Shown in pieces: positions 37,126 to 49,687 of a stretch of DNA of 64,000 nt (its first letter is position 1; each line of letters opens with the position of its first letter). A program made the translations under genes and the position numbers. The stretch is from Schmidtea polychroa (Eukaryota): assembly GCA_044892525.1 (NCBI GenBank), contig CM097885.1, forward strand, positions 234,486,001 to 234,550,000, read 5' to 3'. Under the pieces are notes generated by a model. It saw only the letters and a program-made list of their open reading frames with translations, was not told the DNA's origin and ran no database searches.

Positions 37126-37779
37126 CTAATATCGTATCATCTCAAATTCTTGGAATGGAATATCAACACCATCTTCAGTCACAGTTAAATCTCGTAAAAA
37201 TACATCGGAAATAAAAGATGTATACAGAGCTTTTTTGCGGATATTGGTCATAAAATTATCTTTAAATTTATCTTCAATAAAAGAACCAATTATCCTTTCA
37301 ATAATTTCTTCATTTTTTTCATTAATTATCAATTTTCTAATTAAATGGTATATTTTTGTTAAATAATCTGATGCTGAATCGGTATTTTCAACGAGTATTT
37401 TAATTCCGAAAAAACTAGTATTCAAATAATCATTGAGCACAATTATATATTTTTTAAAATTTGCAAAAGGAGAATTTCGATTACGTGCTTTGATACTGTT
37501 TAATATATATTCCAAATCCACAGGTGTTTTTCTTATATATTTTATCAGTTTGCGGTTGATATTTCTAATACAGGATCTAAAACGAAGTTTATAAAATTCT
37601 TGTTTCAGATTAAATAATCTCATATAATCTATAAATAAATCCAATTCAAGTCTGTCAAGCGGGCAATGAGTATAATCATTTAACCAATGTAAGAAACAAT
37701 TAGTACAAAACGAATGGTTACAGCCAGTAGTTATAAACAATTCAATAGCTAATTCATCGTAGCAAACAGTACATTCCAT
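37126..37779 (-). CDS. RING-finger protein (217 aa)
   Basis: RING motif; ORF track. Confidence 0.7.
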   Translation of the reverse strand: MECTVCYDELAIELFITTGCNHSFCTNCFLHWLNDYTHCPLDRLELDLFIDYMRLFNLKQEFYKLRFRSCIRNINRKLIKYIRKTPVDLEYILNSIKARNRNSPFANFKKYIIVLNDYLNTSFFGIKILVENTDSASDYLTKIYHLIRKLIINEKNEEIIERIIGSFIEDKFKDNFMTNIRKKALYTSFISDVFLRDLTVTEDGVDIPFQEFEMIRY

Positions 37780-38041
37780 TTTTATTTTTTCGATAATTTT
37801 CAATACTTATCAATTTTCTAACAAAATGGTATATTCTTGATAAATAATCATTTGCTGAATCCGTATTTTCTACGAGGAGTTTAATTTCAAAATACTAATC
37901 ATTCAAATAATAATTGCGCTCAATTATATACAATTTTGTCGAATAGTCGTGTCAATTGATTTGATAATAAATTTTGATGTACTTATGTAATATTAGTTAA
38001 CATGTTTTGTTCAAATCTTATATAGTCAATTTCTAATGGAT

Positions 38042-38695
38042 CTAATATCGTATCATCTCAAATTCTTGGAATGGAATATCAACACCATCTTCAGTCACAG
38101 TTAAATCTCGTAAAAATACATCGGAAATAAAAGATGTATACAGAGCTTTTTTGCGGATATTGGTCATAAAATTATCTTTAAATTTATCTTCAATAAAAGA
38201 ACCAATTATCCTTTCAATAATTTCTTCATTTTTTTCATTAATTATCAATTTTCTAATTAAATGGTATATTTTTGTTAAATAATCTGATGCTGAATCGGTA
38301 TTTTCAACGAGTATTTTAATTCCGAAAAAACTAGTATTCAAATAATCATTGAGCACAATGATATATTTTTTAAAATTTGCAAAAGGAGAATTTCGATTAC
38401 GTGCTTTGATACTATTTAATATATATTCCAAATCCACAGGTGTTTTTCTTATATATTTTATCAGTTTGCGGTTGATATTTCTAATACAGGATCTAAAACG
38501 AAGTTTATAAAATTCTTGTTTCAGATTAAATAATCTCATATAATCTATAAATAAATCCAATTCAAGTCTGTCAAGCGGGCAATGAGTATAATCATTTAAC
38601 CAATGTAAGAAACAATTAGTACAAAACGAATGGTTACAGCCAGTAGTTATAAACAATTCAATAGCTAATTCATCGTAGCAAACAGTACATTCCAT
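38042..38695 (-). CDS. RING-finger protein (217 aa)
   Basis: RING motif; ORF track. Confidence 0.7.
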   Translation of the reverse strand: MECTVCYDELAIELFITTGCNHSFCTNCFLHWLNDYTHCPLDRLELDLFIDYMRLFNLKQEFYKLRFRSCIRNINRKLIKYIRKTPVDLEYILNSIKARNRNSPFANFKKYIIVLNDYLNTSFFGIKILVENTDSASDYLTKIYHLIRKLIINEKNEEIIERIIGSFIEDKFKDNFMTNIRKKALYTSFISDVFLRDLTVTEDGVDIPFQEFEMIRY

Positions 38696-38957
38696 TTTTA
38701 TTTTTTCGATAATTTTCAATACTTATCAATTTTCTAACAAAATGGTATATTCTTGATAAATAATCATTTGCTGAATCCGTATTTTCTACGAGGAGTTTAA
38801 TTTCAAAACACTAATCATTCAAATAATAATTGCGCTCAATTATATACAATTTTGTCGAATAGTCGTGTCAATTGATTTGATAATAAATTTTGATGTACTA
38901 ATGTAATATTAGTTAACATGTTTTGTTCAAATCTTATATAGTCAATTTCTAATGGAT

Positions 38958-39611
38958 CTAATATCGTATCATCTCAAATTCTTGGAATGGAATATCAACA
39001 CCATCTTCAGTCACAGTTAAATCTCGTAAAAATACATCGGAAATAAAAGATGTATACAGAGCTTTTTTGCGGATATTGGTCATAAAATTATCTTTAAATT
39101 TATCTTCAATAAAAGAACCAATTATCCTTTCAATAATTTCTTCATTTTTTTCATTAATTATCAATTTTCTAATTAAATGGTATATTTTTGTTAAATAATC
39201 TGATGCTGAATCGGTATTTTCAACGAGTATTTTAATTCCGAAAAAACTAGTATTCAAATAATCATTGAGCACAATTATATATTTTTTAAAATTTGCAAAA
39301 GGAGAATTTCGATTACGTGCTTTGATACTGTTTAATATATATTCCAAATCCACAGGTGTTTTTCTTATATATTTTATCAGTTTGCGGTTGATATTTCTAA
39401 TACAGGATCTAAAACGAAGTTTATAAAATTCTTGTTTCAGATTAAATAATCTCATATAATCTATAAATAAATCCAATTCAAGTCTGTCAAGCAGGCAATG
39501 AGTATAATCATTTAACCAATGTAAGAAACAATTAGTACAAAACGAATGGTTACAGCCAGTAGTTATAAACAATTCAATAGCTAATTCATCGTAGCAAACA
39601 GTACATTCCAT
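38958..39611 (-). CDS. RING-finger protein (217 aa; P48L in the RING)
   Basis: RING motif; ORF track. Confidence 0.7.
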   Translation of the reverse strand: MECTVCYDELAIELFITTGCNHSFCTNCFLHWLNDYTHCLLDRLELDLFIDYMRLFNLKQEFYKLRFRSCIRNINRKLIKYIRKTPVDLEYILNSIKARNRNSPFANFKKYIIVLNDYLNTSFFGIKILVENTDSASDYLTKIYHLIRKLIINEKNEEIIERIIGSFIEDKFKDNFMTNIRKKALYTSFISDVFLRDLTVTEDGVDIPFQEFEMIRY

Positions 39612-39873
39612 TTTTATTTTTTCGATAATTTTCAATACTTATCAATTTTCTAACAAAATGGTATATTCTTGATAAATAATCATTTGCTGAATCCGTATTT
39701 TCTACGAGGAGTTTAATTTCAAAATACTAATCATTCAAATAATAATTGCGCTCAATTATATACAATTTTGTCGAATAGTCGTGTCAATTGATTTGATAAT
39801 AAATTTTGATGTACTTATGTAATATTAGTTAACATGTTTTGTTCAAATCTTATATAGTCAATTTCTAATGGAT

Positions 39874-40527
39874 CTAATATCGTATCATCTCAAATTCTTG
39901 GAATGGAATATCAACACCATCTTCAGTCACAGTTAAATCTCGTAAAAATACATCGGAAATAAAAGATGTATACAGAGCTTTTTTGCGGATATTGGTCATA
40001 AAATTATCTTTAAATTTATCTTCAATAAAAGAACCAATTATCCTTTCAATAATTTCTTCATTTTTTTCATTAATTATCAATTTTCTAATTAAATGGTATA
40101 TTTTTGTTAAATAATCTGATGCTGAATCGGTATTTTCAACGAGTATTTTAATTCCGAAAAAACTAGTATTCAAATAATCATTGAGCACAATTATATATTT
40201 TTTAAAATTTGCAAAAGGAGAATTTCGATTACGTGCTTTGATACTATTTAATATATATTCCAAATCCACAGGTGTTTTTCTTATATATTTTATCAGTTTG
40301 CGGTTGATATTTCTAATACAGGATCTAAAACGAAGTTTATAAAATTCTTGTTTCAGATTAAATAATCTCATATAATCTATAAATAAATCCAATTCAAGTC
40401 TGTCAAGCGGGCAATGAGTATAATCATTTAACCAATGTAAGAAACAATTAGTACAAAACGAATGGTTACAGCCAGTAGTTATAAACAATTCAATAGCTAA
40501 TTCATCGTAGCAAACAGTACATTCCAT
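39874..40527 (-). CDS. RING-finger protein (217 aa)
   Basis: RING motif; ORF track. Confidence 0.7.
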   Translation of the reverse strand: MECTVCYDELAIELFITTGCNHSFCTNCFLHWLNDYTHCPLDRLELDLFIDYMRLFNLKQEFYKLRFRSCIRNINRKLIKYIRKTPVDLEYILNSIKARNRNSPFANFKKYIIVLNDYLNTSFFGIKILVENTDSASDYLTKIYHLIRKLIINEKNEEIIERIIGSFIEDKFKDNFMTNIRKKALYTSFISDVFLRDLTVTEDGVDIPFQEFEMIRY

Positions 40528-40789
40528 TTTTATTTTTTCGATAATTTTCAATACTTATCAATTTTCTAACAAAATGGTATATTCTTGATAAATAATCATT
40601 TGCTGAATCCGTATTTTCTACGAGGAGTTTAATTTCAAAATACTAATCATTCAAATAATAATTGCGCTCAATTATATACAATTTTGTCGAATAGTCGTGT
40701 CAATTGATTTGATAATAAATTTTGATGTACTTATGTAATATTAGTTAACATGTTTTGTTCAAATCTTATATAGTCAATTTCTAATGGAT

Positions 40790-41443
40790 CTAATATCGTA
40801 TCATCTCAAATTCTTGGAATGGAATATCAACACCATCTTCAGTCACAGTTAAATCTCGTAAAAATACATCGGAAATAAAAGATGTATACAGAGCTTTTTT
40901 GCGGATATTGGTCATAAAATTATCTTTAAATTTATCTTCAATAAAAGAACCAATTATCCTTTCAATAATTTCTTCATTTTTTTCATTAATTATCAATTTT
41001 CTAATTAAATGGTATATTTTTGTTAAATAATCTAATGCTGAATCGGTATTTTCAACGAGTATTTTAATTCCGAAAAAACTAGTATTCAAATAATCATTGA
41101 GCACAATTATATATTTTTTAAAATTTGCAAAAGGAGAATTTCGATTACGTGCTTTGATACTATTTAATATATATTCCAAATCCACAGGTGTTTTTCTTAT
41201 ATATTTTATCAGTTTGCGGTTGATATTTCTAATACAGGATCTAAAACGAAGTTTATAAAATTCTTGTTTCAGATTAAATAATCTCATATAATCTATAAAT
41301 AAATCCAATTCAAGTCTGTCAAGCGGGCAATGAGTATAATCATTTAACCAATGTAAGAAACAATTAGTACAAAACGAATGGTTACAGCCAGTAGTTATAA
41401 ACAATTCAATAGCTAATTCATCGTAGCAAACAGTACATTCCAT
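40790..41443 (-). CDS. RING-finger protein (217 aa; S145L)
   Basis: RING motif; ORF track. Confidence 0.7.
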   Translation of the reverse strand: MECTVCYDELAIELFITTGCNHSFCTNCFLHWLNDYTHCPLDRLELDLFIDYMRLFNLKQEFYKLRFRSCIRNINRKLIKYIRKTPVDLEYILNSIKARNRNSPFANFKKYIIVLNDYLNTSFFGIKILVENTDSALDYLTKIYHLIRKLIINEKNEEIIERIIGSFIEDKFKDNFMTNIRKKALYTSFISDVFLRDLTVTEDGVDIPFQEFEMIRY

Positions 41444-41705
41444 TTTTATTTTTTCGATAATTTTCAATACTTATCAATTTTCTAACAAAATGGTATATTC
41501 TTGATAAATAATCATTTGCTGAATCCGTATTTTCTACGAGGAGTTTAATTTCAAAATACTAATCATTCAAATAATAATTGCGCTCAATTATATACAATTT
41601 TGTCGAATAGTCGTGTCAATTGATTTGATAATAAATTTTGATGTACTTATGTAATATTAGTTAACATGTTTTGTTCAAATCTTATATAGTCAATTTCTAA
41701 TGGAT

Positions 41706-42359
41706 CTAATATCGTATCATCTCAAATTCTTGGAATGGAATATCAACACCATCTTCAGTCACAGTTAAATCTCGTAAAAATACATCGGAAATAAAAGATG
41801 TATACAGAGCTTTTTTGCGGATATTGGTCATAAAATTATCTTTAAATTTATCTTCAATAAAAGAACCAATTATCCTTTCAATAATTTCTTCATTTTTTTC
41901 ATTAATTATCAATTTTCTAATTAAATGGTATATTTTTGTTAAATAATCTGATGCTGAATCGGTATTTTCAACGAGTATTTTAATTCCGAAAAAACTAGTA
42001 TTCAAATAATCATTGAGCACAATTATATATTTTTTAAAATTTGCAAAAGGAGAATTTCGATTACGTGCTTTGATACTATTTAATATATATTCCAAATCCA
42101 CAGGTGTTTTTCTTATATATTTTATCAGTTTGCGGTTGATATTTCTAATACAGGATCTAAAACGAAGTTTATAAAATTCTTGTTTCAGATTAAATAATCT
42201 CATATAATCTATAAATAAATCCAATTCAAGTCTGTCAAGCGGGCAATGAGTATAATCATTTAACCAATGTAAGAAACAATTAGTACAAAACGAATGGTTA
42301 CAGCCAGTAGTTATAAACAATTCAATAGCTAATTCATCGTAGCAAACAGTACATTCCAT
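41706..42359 (-). CDS. RING-finger protein (217 aa)
   Basis: RING motif; ORF track. Confidence 0.7.
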   Translation of the reverse strand: MECTVCYDELAIELFITTGCNHSFCTNCFLHWLNDYTHCPLDRLELDLFIDYMRLFNLKQEFYKLRFRSCIRNINRKLIKYIRKTPVDLEYILNSIKARNRNSPFANFKKYIIVLNDYLNTSFFGIKILVENTDSASDYLTKIYHLIRKLIINEKNEEIIERIIGSFIEDKFKDNFMTNIRKKALYTSFISDVFLRDLTVTEDGVDIPFQEFEMIRY

Positions 42360-42621
42360 TTTTATTTTTTCGATAATTTTCAATACTTATCAATTTTCTA
42401 ACAAAATGGTATATTCTTGATAAATAATCATTTGCTGAATCCGTATTTTCTACGAGGAGTTTAATTTCAAAATACTAATCATTCAAATAATAATTGCGCT
42501 CAATTATATACAATTTTGTCGAATAGTCGTGTCAATTGATTTGATAATAAATTTTGATGTACTTATGTAATATTAGTTAACATGTTTTGTTCAAATCTTA
42601 TATAGTCAATTTCTAATGGAT

Positions 42622-43275
42622 CTAATATCGTATCATCTCAAATTCTTGGAATGGAATATCAACACCATCTTCAGTCACAGTTAAATCTCGTAAAAATACA
42701 TCGGAAATAAAAGATGTATACAGAGCTTTTTTGCGGATATTGGTCATAAAATTATCTTTAAATTTATCTTCAATAAAAGAACCAATTATCCTTTCAATAA
42801 TTTCTTCATTTTTTTCATTAATTATCAATTTTCTAATTAAATGGTATATTTTTGTTAAATAATCTGATGCTGAATCGGTATTTTCAACGAGTATTTTAAT
42901 TCCGAAAAAACTAGTATTCAAATAATCATTGAGCACAATTATATATTTTTTAAAATTTGCAAAAGGAGAATTTCGATTACGTGCTTTGATACTGTTTAAT
43001 ATATATTCCAAATCCACAGGTGTTTTTCTTATATATTTTATCAGTTTGCGGTTGATATTTCTAATACAGGATCTAAAACGAAGTTTATAAAATTCTTGTT
43101 TCAGATTAAATAATCTCATATAATCTATAAATAAATCCAATTCAAGTCTGTCAAGCGGGCAATGAGTATAATCATTTAACCAATGTAAGAAACAATTAGT
43201 ACAAAACGAATGGTTACAGCCAGTAGTTATAAACAATTCAATAGCTAATTCATCGTAGCAAACAGTACATTCCAT
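42622..43275 (-). CDS. RING-finger protein (217 aa)
   Basis: RING motif; ORF track. Confidence 0.7.
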   Translation of the reverse strand: MECTVCYDELAIELFITTGCNHSFCTNCFLHWLNDYTHCPLDRLELDLFIDYMRLFNLKQEFYKLRFRSCIRNINRKLIKYIRKTPVDLEYILNSIKARNRNSPFANFKKYIIVLNDYLNTSFFGIKILVENTDSASDYLTKIYHLIRKLIINEKNEEIIERIIGSFIEDKFKDNFMTNIRKKALYTSFISDVFLRDLTVTEDGVDIPFQEFEMIRY

Positions 43276-43537
43276 TTTTATTTTTTCGATAATTTTCAAT
43301 ACTTATCAATTTTCTAACAAAATGGTATATTCTTGATAAATAATCATTTGCTGAATCCGTATTTTCTACGAGGAGTTTAATTTCAAAATACTAATCATTC
43401 AAATAATAATTGCGCTCAATTATATACAATTTTGTCGAATAGTCGTGTCAATTGATTTGATAATAAATTTTGATGTACTTATGTAATATTAGTTAACATG
43501 TTTTGTTCAAATCTTATATAGTCAATTTCTAATGGAT

Positions 43538-44191
43538 CTAATATCGTATCATCTCAAATTCTTGGAATGGAATATCAACACCATCTTCAGTCACAGTTAA
43601 ATCTCGTAAAAATACATCGGAAATAAAAGATGTATACAGAGCTTTTTTGCGGATATTGGTCATAAAATTATCTTTAAATTTATCTTCAATAAAAGAACCA
43701 ATTATCCTTTCAATAATTTCTTCATTTTTTTCATTAATTATCAATTTTCTAATTAAATGGTATATTTTTGTTAAATAATCTGATGCTGAATCGGTATTTT
43801 CAACGAGTATTTTAATTCCGAAAAAACTAGTATTCAAATAATCATTGAGCACAATTATATATTTTTTAAAATTTGCAAAAGGAGAATTTCGATTACGTGC
43901 TTTGATACTATTTAATATATATTCCAAATCCACAGGTGTTTTTCTTATATATTTTATCAGTTTGCGGTTGATATTTCTAATACAGGATCTAAAACGAAGT
44001 TTATAAAATTCTTGTTTCAGATTAAATAATCTCATATAATCTATAAATAAATCCAATTCAAGTCTGTCAAGCGGGCAATGAGTATAATCATTTAACCAAT
44101 GTAAGAAACAATTAGTACAAAACGAATGGTTACAGCCAGTAGTTATAAACAATTCAATAGCTAATTCATCGTAGCAAACAGTACATTCCAT
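43538..44191 (-). CDS. RING-finger protein (217 aa)
   Basis: RING motif; ORF track. Confidence 0.7.
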   Translation of the reverse strand: MECTVCYDELAIELFITTGCNHSFCTNCFLHWLNDYTHCPLDRLELDLFIDYMRLFNLKQEFYKLRFRSCIRNINRKLIKYIRKTPVDLEYILNSIKARNRNSPFANFKKYIIVLNDYLNTSFFGIKILVENTDSASDYLTKIYHLIRKLIINEKNEEIIERIIGSFIEDKFKDNFMTNIRKKALYTSFISDVFLRDLTVTEDGVDIPFQEFEMIRY

Positions 44192-44453
44192 TTTTATTTT
44201 TTCGATAATTTTCAATACTTATCAATTTTCTAACAAAATGGTATATTCTTGATAAATAATCATTTGCTGAATCCGTATTTTCTACGAGGAGTTTAATTTC
44301 AAAATACTAATCATTCAAATAATAATTGCGCTCAATTATATACAATTTTGTCGAATAGTCGTGTCAATTGATTTGATAATAAATTTTGATGTACTTATGT
44401 AATATTAGTTAACATGTTTTGTTCAAATCTTATATAGTCAATTTCTAATGGAT

Positions 44454-45107
44454 CTAATATCGTATCATCTCAAATTCTTGGAATGGAATATCAACACCAT
44501 CTTCAGTCACAGTTAAATCTCGTAAAAATACATCGGAAATAAAAGATGTATACAGAGCTTTTTTGCGGATATTGGTCATAAAATTATCTTTAAATTTATC
44601 TTCAATAAAAGAACCAATTATCCTTTCAATAATTTCTTCATTTTTTTCATTAATTATCAATTTTCTAATTAAATGGTATATTTTTGTTAAATAATCTGAT
44701 GCTGAATCGGTATTTTCAACGAGTATTTTAATTCCGAAAAAACTAGTATTCAAATAATCATTGAGCACAATTATATATTTTTTAAAATTTGCAAAAGGAG
44801 AATTTCGATTACGTGCTTTGATACTGTTTAATATATATTCCAAATCCACAGGTGTTTTTCTTATATATTTTATCAGTTTGCGGTTGATATTTCTAATACA
44901 GGATCTAAAACGAAGTTTATAAAATTCTTGTTTCAGATTAAATAATCTCATATAATCTATAAATAAATCCAATTCAAGTCTGTCAAGCGGGCAATGAGTA
45001 TAATCATTTAACCAATGTAAGAAACAATTAGTACAAAACGAATGGTTACAGCCAGTAGTTATAAACAATTCAATAGCTAATTCATCGTAGCAAACAGTAC
45101 ATTCCAT
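44454..45107 (-). CDS. RING-finger protein (217 aa)
   Basis: RING motif; ORF track. Confidence 0.7.
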   Translation of the reverse strand: MECTVCYDELAIELFITTGCNHSFCTNCFLHWLNDYTHCPLDRLELDLFIDYMRLFNLKQEFYKLRFRSCIRNINRKLIKYIRKTPVDLEYILNSIKARNRNSPFANFKKYIIVLNDYLNTSFFGIKILVENTDSASDYLTKIYHLIRKLIINEKNEEIIERIIGSFIEDKFKDNFMTNIRKKALYTSFISDVFLRDLTVTEDGVDIPFQEFEMIRY

Positions 45108-45369
45108 TTTTATTTTTTCGATAATTTTCAATACTTATCGATTTTCTAACAAAATGGTATATTCTTGATAAATAATCATTTGCTGAATCCGTATTTTCTA
45201 CGAGGAGTTTAATTTCAAAATACTAATCATTCAAATAATAATTGCGCTCAATTATATACAATTTTGTCGAATAGTCGTGTCAATTGATTTGATAATAAAT
45301 TTTGATGTACTTATGTAATATTAGTTAACATGTTTTGTTCAAATCTTATATAGTCAATTTCTAATGGAT

Positions 45370-46023
45370 CTAATATCGTATCATCTCAAATTCTTGGAAT
45401 GGAATATCAACACCATCTTCAGTCACAGTTAAATCTCGTAAAAATACATCGGAAATAAAAGATGTATACAGAGCTTTTTTGCGGATATTGGTCATAAAAT
45501 TATCTTTAAATTTATCTTCAATAAAAGAACCAATTATCCTTTCAATAATTTCTTCATTTTTTTCATTAATTATCAATTTTCTAATTAAATGGTATATTTT
45601 TGTTAAATAATCTGATGCTGAATCGGTATTTTCAACGAGTATTTTAATTCCGAAAAAACTAGTATTCAAATAATCATTGAGCACAATTATATATTTTTTA
45701 AAATTTGCAAAAGGAGAATTTCGATTACGTGCTTTGATACTATTTAATATATATTCCAAATCCACAGGTGTTTTTCTTATATATTTTATCAGTTTGCGGT
45801 TGATATTTCTAATACAGGATCTAAAACGAAGTTTATAAAATTCTTGTTTCAGATTAAATAATCTCATATAATCTATAAATAAATCCAATTCAAGTCTGTC
45901 AAGCGGGCAATGAGTATAATCATTTAACCAATGTAAGAAACAATTAGTACAAAACGAATGGTTACAGCCAGTAGTTATAAACAATTCAATAGCTAATTCA
46001 TCGTAGCAAACAGTACATTCCAT
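45370..46023 (-). CDS. RING-finger protein (217 aa)
   Basis: RING motif; ORF track. Confidence 0.7.
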   Translation of the reverse strand: MECTVCYDELAIELFITTGCNHSFCTNCFLHWLNDYTHCPLDRLELDLFIDYMRLFNLKQEFYKLRFRSCIRNINRKLIKYIRKTPVDLEYILNSIKARNRNSPFANFKKYIIVLNDYLNTSFFGIKILVENTDSASDYLTKIYHLIRKLIINEKNEEIIERIIGSFIEDKFKDNFMTNIRKKALYTSFISDVFLRDLTVTEDGVDIPFQEFEMIRY

Positions 46024-46285
46024 TTTTATTTTTTCGATAATTTTCAATACTTATCAATTTTCTAACAAAATGGTATATTCTTGATAAATAATCATTTGCT
46101 GAATCCGTATTTTCTACGAGGAGTTTAATTTCAAAATACTAATCATTCAAATAATAATTGCGCTCAATTATATACAATTTTGTCGAATAGTCGTGTCAAT
46201 TGATTTGATAATAAATTTTGATGTACTTATGTAATATTAGTTAACATGTTTTGTTCAAATCTTATATAGTCAATTTCTAATGGAT

Positions 46286-46939
46286 CTAATATCGTATCAT
46301 CTCAAATTCTTGGAATGGAATATCAACACCATCTTCAGTCACAGTTAAATCTCGTAAAAATACATCGGAAATAAAAGATGTATACAGAGCTTTTTTGCGG
46401 ATATTGGTCATAAAATTATCTTTAAATTTATCTTCAATAAAAGAACCAATTATCCTTTCAATAATTTCTTCATTTTTTTCATTAATTATCAATTTTCTAA
46501 TTAAATGGTATATTTTTGTTAAATAATCTGATGCTGAATCGGTATTTTCAACGAGTATTTTAATTCCGAAAAAACTAGTATTCAAATAATCATTGAGCAC
46601 AATTATATATTTTTTAAAATTTGCAAAAGGAGAATTTCGATTACGTGCTTTGATACTGTTTAATATATATTCCAAATCCACAGGTGTTTTTCTTATATAT
46701 TTTATCAGTTTGCGGTTGATATTTCTAATACAGGATCTAAAACGAAGTTTATAAAATTCTTGTTTCAGATTAAATAATCTCATATAATCTATAAATAAAT
46801 CCAATTCAAGTCTGTCAAGCGGGCAATGAGTATAATCATTTAACCAATGTAAGAAACAATTAGTACAAAACGAATGGTTACAGCCAGTAGTTATAAACAA
46901 TTCAATAGCTAATTCATCGTAGCAAACAGTACATTCCAT
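46286..46939 (-). CDS. RING-finger protein (217 aa)
   Basis: RING motif; ORF track. Confidence 0.7.
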   Translation of the reverse strand: MECTVCYDELAIELFITTGCNHSFCTNCFLHWLNDYTHCPLDRLELDLFIDYMRLFNLKQEFYKLRFRSCIRNINRKLIKYIRKTPVDLEYILNSIKARNRNSPFANFKKYIIVLNDYLNTSFFGIKILVENTDSASDYLTKIYHLIRKLIINEKNEEIIERIIGSFIEDKFKDNFMTNIRKKALYTSFISDVFLRDLTVTEDGVDIPFQEFEMIRY

Positions 46940-47201
46940 TTTTATTTTTTCGATAATTTTCAATACTTATCAATTTTCTAACAAAATGGTATATTCTTGA
47001 TAAATAATCATTTGCTGAATCCGTATTTTCTACGAGGAGTTTAATTTCAAAATACTAATCATTCAAATAATAATTGCGCTCAATTATATACAATTTTGTC
47101 GAATAGTCGTGTCAATTGATTTGATAATAAATTTTGATGTACTTATGTAATATTAGTTAACATGTTTTGTTCAAATCTTATATAGTCAATTTCTAATGGA
47201 T

Positions 47202-47855
47202 CTAATATCGTATCATCTCAAATTCTTGGAATGGAATATCAACACCATCTTCAGTCACAGTTAAATCTCGTAAAAATACATCGGAAATAAAAGATGTATA
47301 CAGAGCTTTTTTGCGGATATTGGTCATAAAATTATCTTTAAATTTATCTTCAATAAAAGAACCAATTATCCTTTCAATAATTTCTTCATTTTTTTCATTA
47401 ATTATCAATTTTCTAATTAAATGGTATATTTTTGTTAAATAATCTGATGCTGAATCGGTATTTTCAACGAGTATTTTAATTCCGAAAAAACTAGTATTCA
47501 AATAATCATTGAGCACAATTATATATTTTTTAAAATTTGCAAAAGGAGAATTTCGATTACGTGCTTTGATACTATTTAATATATATTCCAAATCCACAGG
47601 TGTTTTTCTTATATATTTTATCAGTTTGCGGTTGATATTTCTAATACAGGATCTAAAACGAAGTTTATAAAATTCTTGTTTCAGATTAAATAATCTCATA
47701 TAATCTATAAATAAATCCAATTCAAGTCTGTCAAGCGGGCAATGAGTATAATCATTTAACCAATGTAAGAAACAATTAGTACAAAACGAATGGTTACAGC
47801 CAGTAGTTATAAACAATTCAATAGCTAATTCATCGTAGCAAACAGTACATTCCAT
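47202..47855 (-). CDS. RING-finger protein (217 aa)
   Basis: RING motif; ORF track. Confidence 0.7.
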   Translation of the reverse strand: MECTVCYDELAIELFITTGCNHSFCTNCFLHWLNDYTHCPLDRLELDLFIDYMRLFNLKQEFYKLRFRSCIRNINRKLIKYIRKTPVDLEYILNSIKARNRNSPFANFKKYIIVLNDYLNTSFFGIKILVENTDSASDYLTKIYHLIRKLIINEKNEEIIERIIGSFIEDKFKDNFMTNIRKKALYTSFISDVFLRDLTVTEDGVDIPFQEFEMIRY

Positions 47856-48117
47856 TTTTATTTTTTCGATAATTTTCAATACTTATCAATTTTCTAACAA
47901 AATGGTATATTCTTGATAAATAATCATTTGCTGAATCCGTATTTTCTACGAGGAGTTTAATTTCAAAATACTAATCATTCAAATAATAATTGCGCTCAAT
48001 TATATACAATTTTGTCGAATAGTCGTGTCAATTGATTTGATAATAAATTTTGATGTACTTATGTAATATTAGTTAACATGTTTTGTTCAAATCTTATATA
48101 GTCAATTTCTAATGGAT

Positions 48118-48771
48118 CTAATATCGTATCATCTCAAATTCTTGGAATGGAATATCAACACCATCTTCAGTCACAGTTAAATCTCGTAAAAATACATCGG
48201 AAATAAAAGATGTATACAGAGCTTTTTTGCGGATATTGGTCATAAAATTATCTTTAAATTTATCTTCAATAAAAGAACCAATTATCCTTTCAATAATTTC
48301 TTCATTTTTTTCATTAATTATCAATTTTCTAATTAAATGGTATATTTTTGTTAAATAATCTGATGCTGAATCGGTATTTTCAACGAGTATTTTAATTCCG
48401 AAAAAACTAGTATTCAAATAATCATTGAGCACAATTATATATTTTTTAAAATTTGCAAAAGGAGAATTTCGATTACGTGCTTTGATACTGTTTAATATAT
48501 ATTCCAAATCCACAGGTGTTTTTCTTATATATTTTATCAGTTTGCGGTTGATATTTCTAATACAGGATCTAAAACGAAGTTTATAAAATTCTTGTTTCAG
48601 ATTAAATAATCTCATATAATCTATAAATAAATCCAATTCAAGTCTGTCAAGCGGGCAATGAGTATAATCATTTAACCAATGTAAGAAACAATTAGTACAA
48701 AACGAATGGTTACAGCCAGTAGTTATAAACAATTCAATAGCTAATTCATCGTAGCAAACAGTACATTCCAT
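48118..48771 (-). CDS. RING-finger protein (217 aa)
   Basis: RING motif; ORF track. Confidence 0.7.
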   Translation of the reverse strand: MECTVCYDELAIELFITTGCNHSFCTNCFLHWLNDYTHCPLDRLELDLFIDYMRLFNLKQEFYKLRFRSCIRNINRKLIKYIRKTPVDLEYILNSIKARNRNSPFANFKKYIIVLNDYLNTSFFGIKILVENTDSASDYLTKIYHLIRKLIINEKNEEIIERIIGSFIEDKFKDNFMTNIRKKALYTSFISDVFLRDLTVTEDGVDIPFQEFEMIRY

Positions 48772-49033
48772 TTTTATTTTTTCGATAATTTTCAATACTT
48801 ATCAATTTTCTAACAAAATGGTATATTCTTGATAAATAATCATTTGCTGAATCCGTATTTTCTACGAGGAGTTTAATTTCAAAATACTAATCATTCAAAT
48901 AATAATTGCGCTCAATTATATACAATTTTGTCGAATAGTCGTGTCAATTGATTTGATAATAAATTTTGATGTACTTATGTAATATTAGTTAACATGTTTT
49001 GTTCAAATCTTATATAGTCAATTTCTAATGGAT

Positions 49034-49687
49034 CTAATATCGTATCATCTCAAATTCTTGGAATGGAATATCAACACCATCTTCAGTCACAGTTAAATCT
49101 CGTAAAAATACATCGGAAATAAAAGATGTATACAGAGCTTTTTTGCGGATATTGGTCATAAAATTATCTTTAAATTTATCTTCAATAAAAGAACCAATTA
49201 TCCTTTCAATAATTTCTTCATTTTTTTCATTAATTATCAATTTTCTAATTAAATGGTATATTTTTGTTAAATAATCTGATGCTGAATCGGTATTTTCAAC
49301 GAGTATTTTAATTCCGAAAAAACTAGTATTCAAATAATCATTGAGCACAATTATATATTTTTTAAAATTTGCAAAAGGAGAATTTCGATTACGTGCTTTG
49401 ATACTATTTAATATATATTCCAAATCCACAGGTGTTTTTCTTATATATTTTATCAGTTTGCGGTTGATATTTCTAATACAGGATCTAAAACGAAGTTTAT
49501 AAAATTCTTGTTTCAGATTAAATAATCTCATATAATCTATAAATAAATCCAATTCAAGTCTGTCAAGCGGGCAATGAGTATAATCATTTAACCAATGTAA
49601 GAAACAATTAGTACAAAACGAATGGTTACAGCCAGTAGTTATAAACAATTCAATAGCTAATTCATCGTAGCAAACAGTACATTCCAT
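49034..49687 (-). CDS. RING-finger protein (217 aa)
   Basis: RING motif; ORF track. Confidence 0.7.
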   Translation of the reverse strand: MECTVCYDELAIELFITTGCNHSFCTNCFLHWLNDYTHCPLDRLELDLFIDYMRLFNLKQEFYKLRFRSCIRNINRKLIKYIRKTPVDLEYILNSIKARNRNSPFANFKKYIIVLNDYLNTSFFGIKILVENTDSASDYLTKIYHLIRKLIINEKNEEIIERIIGSFIEDKFKDNFMTNIRKKALYTSFISDVFLRDLTVTEDGVDIPFQEFEMIRY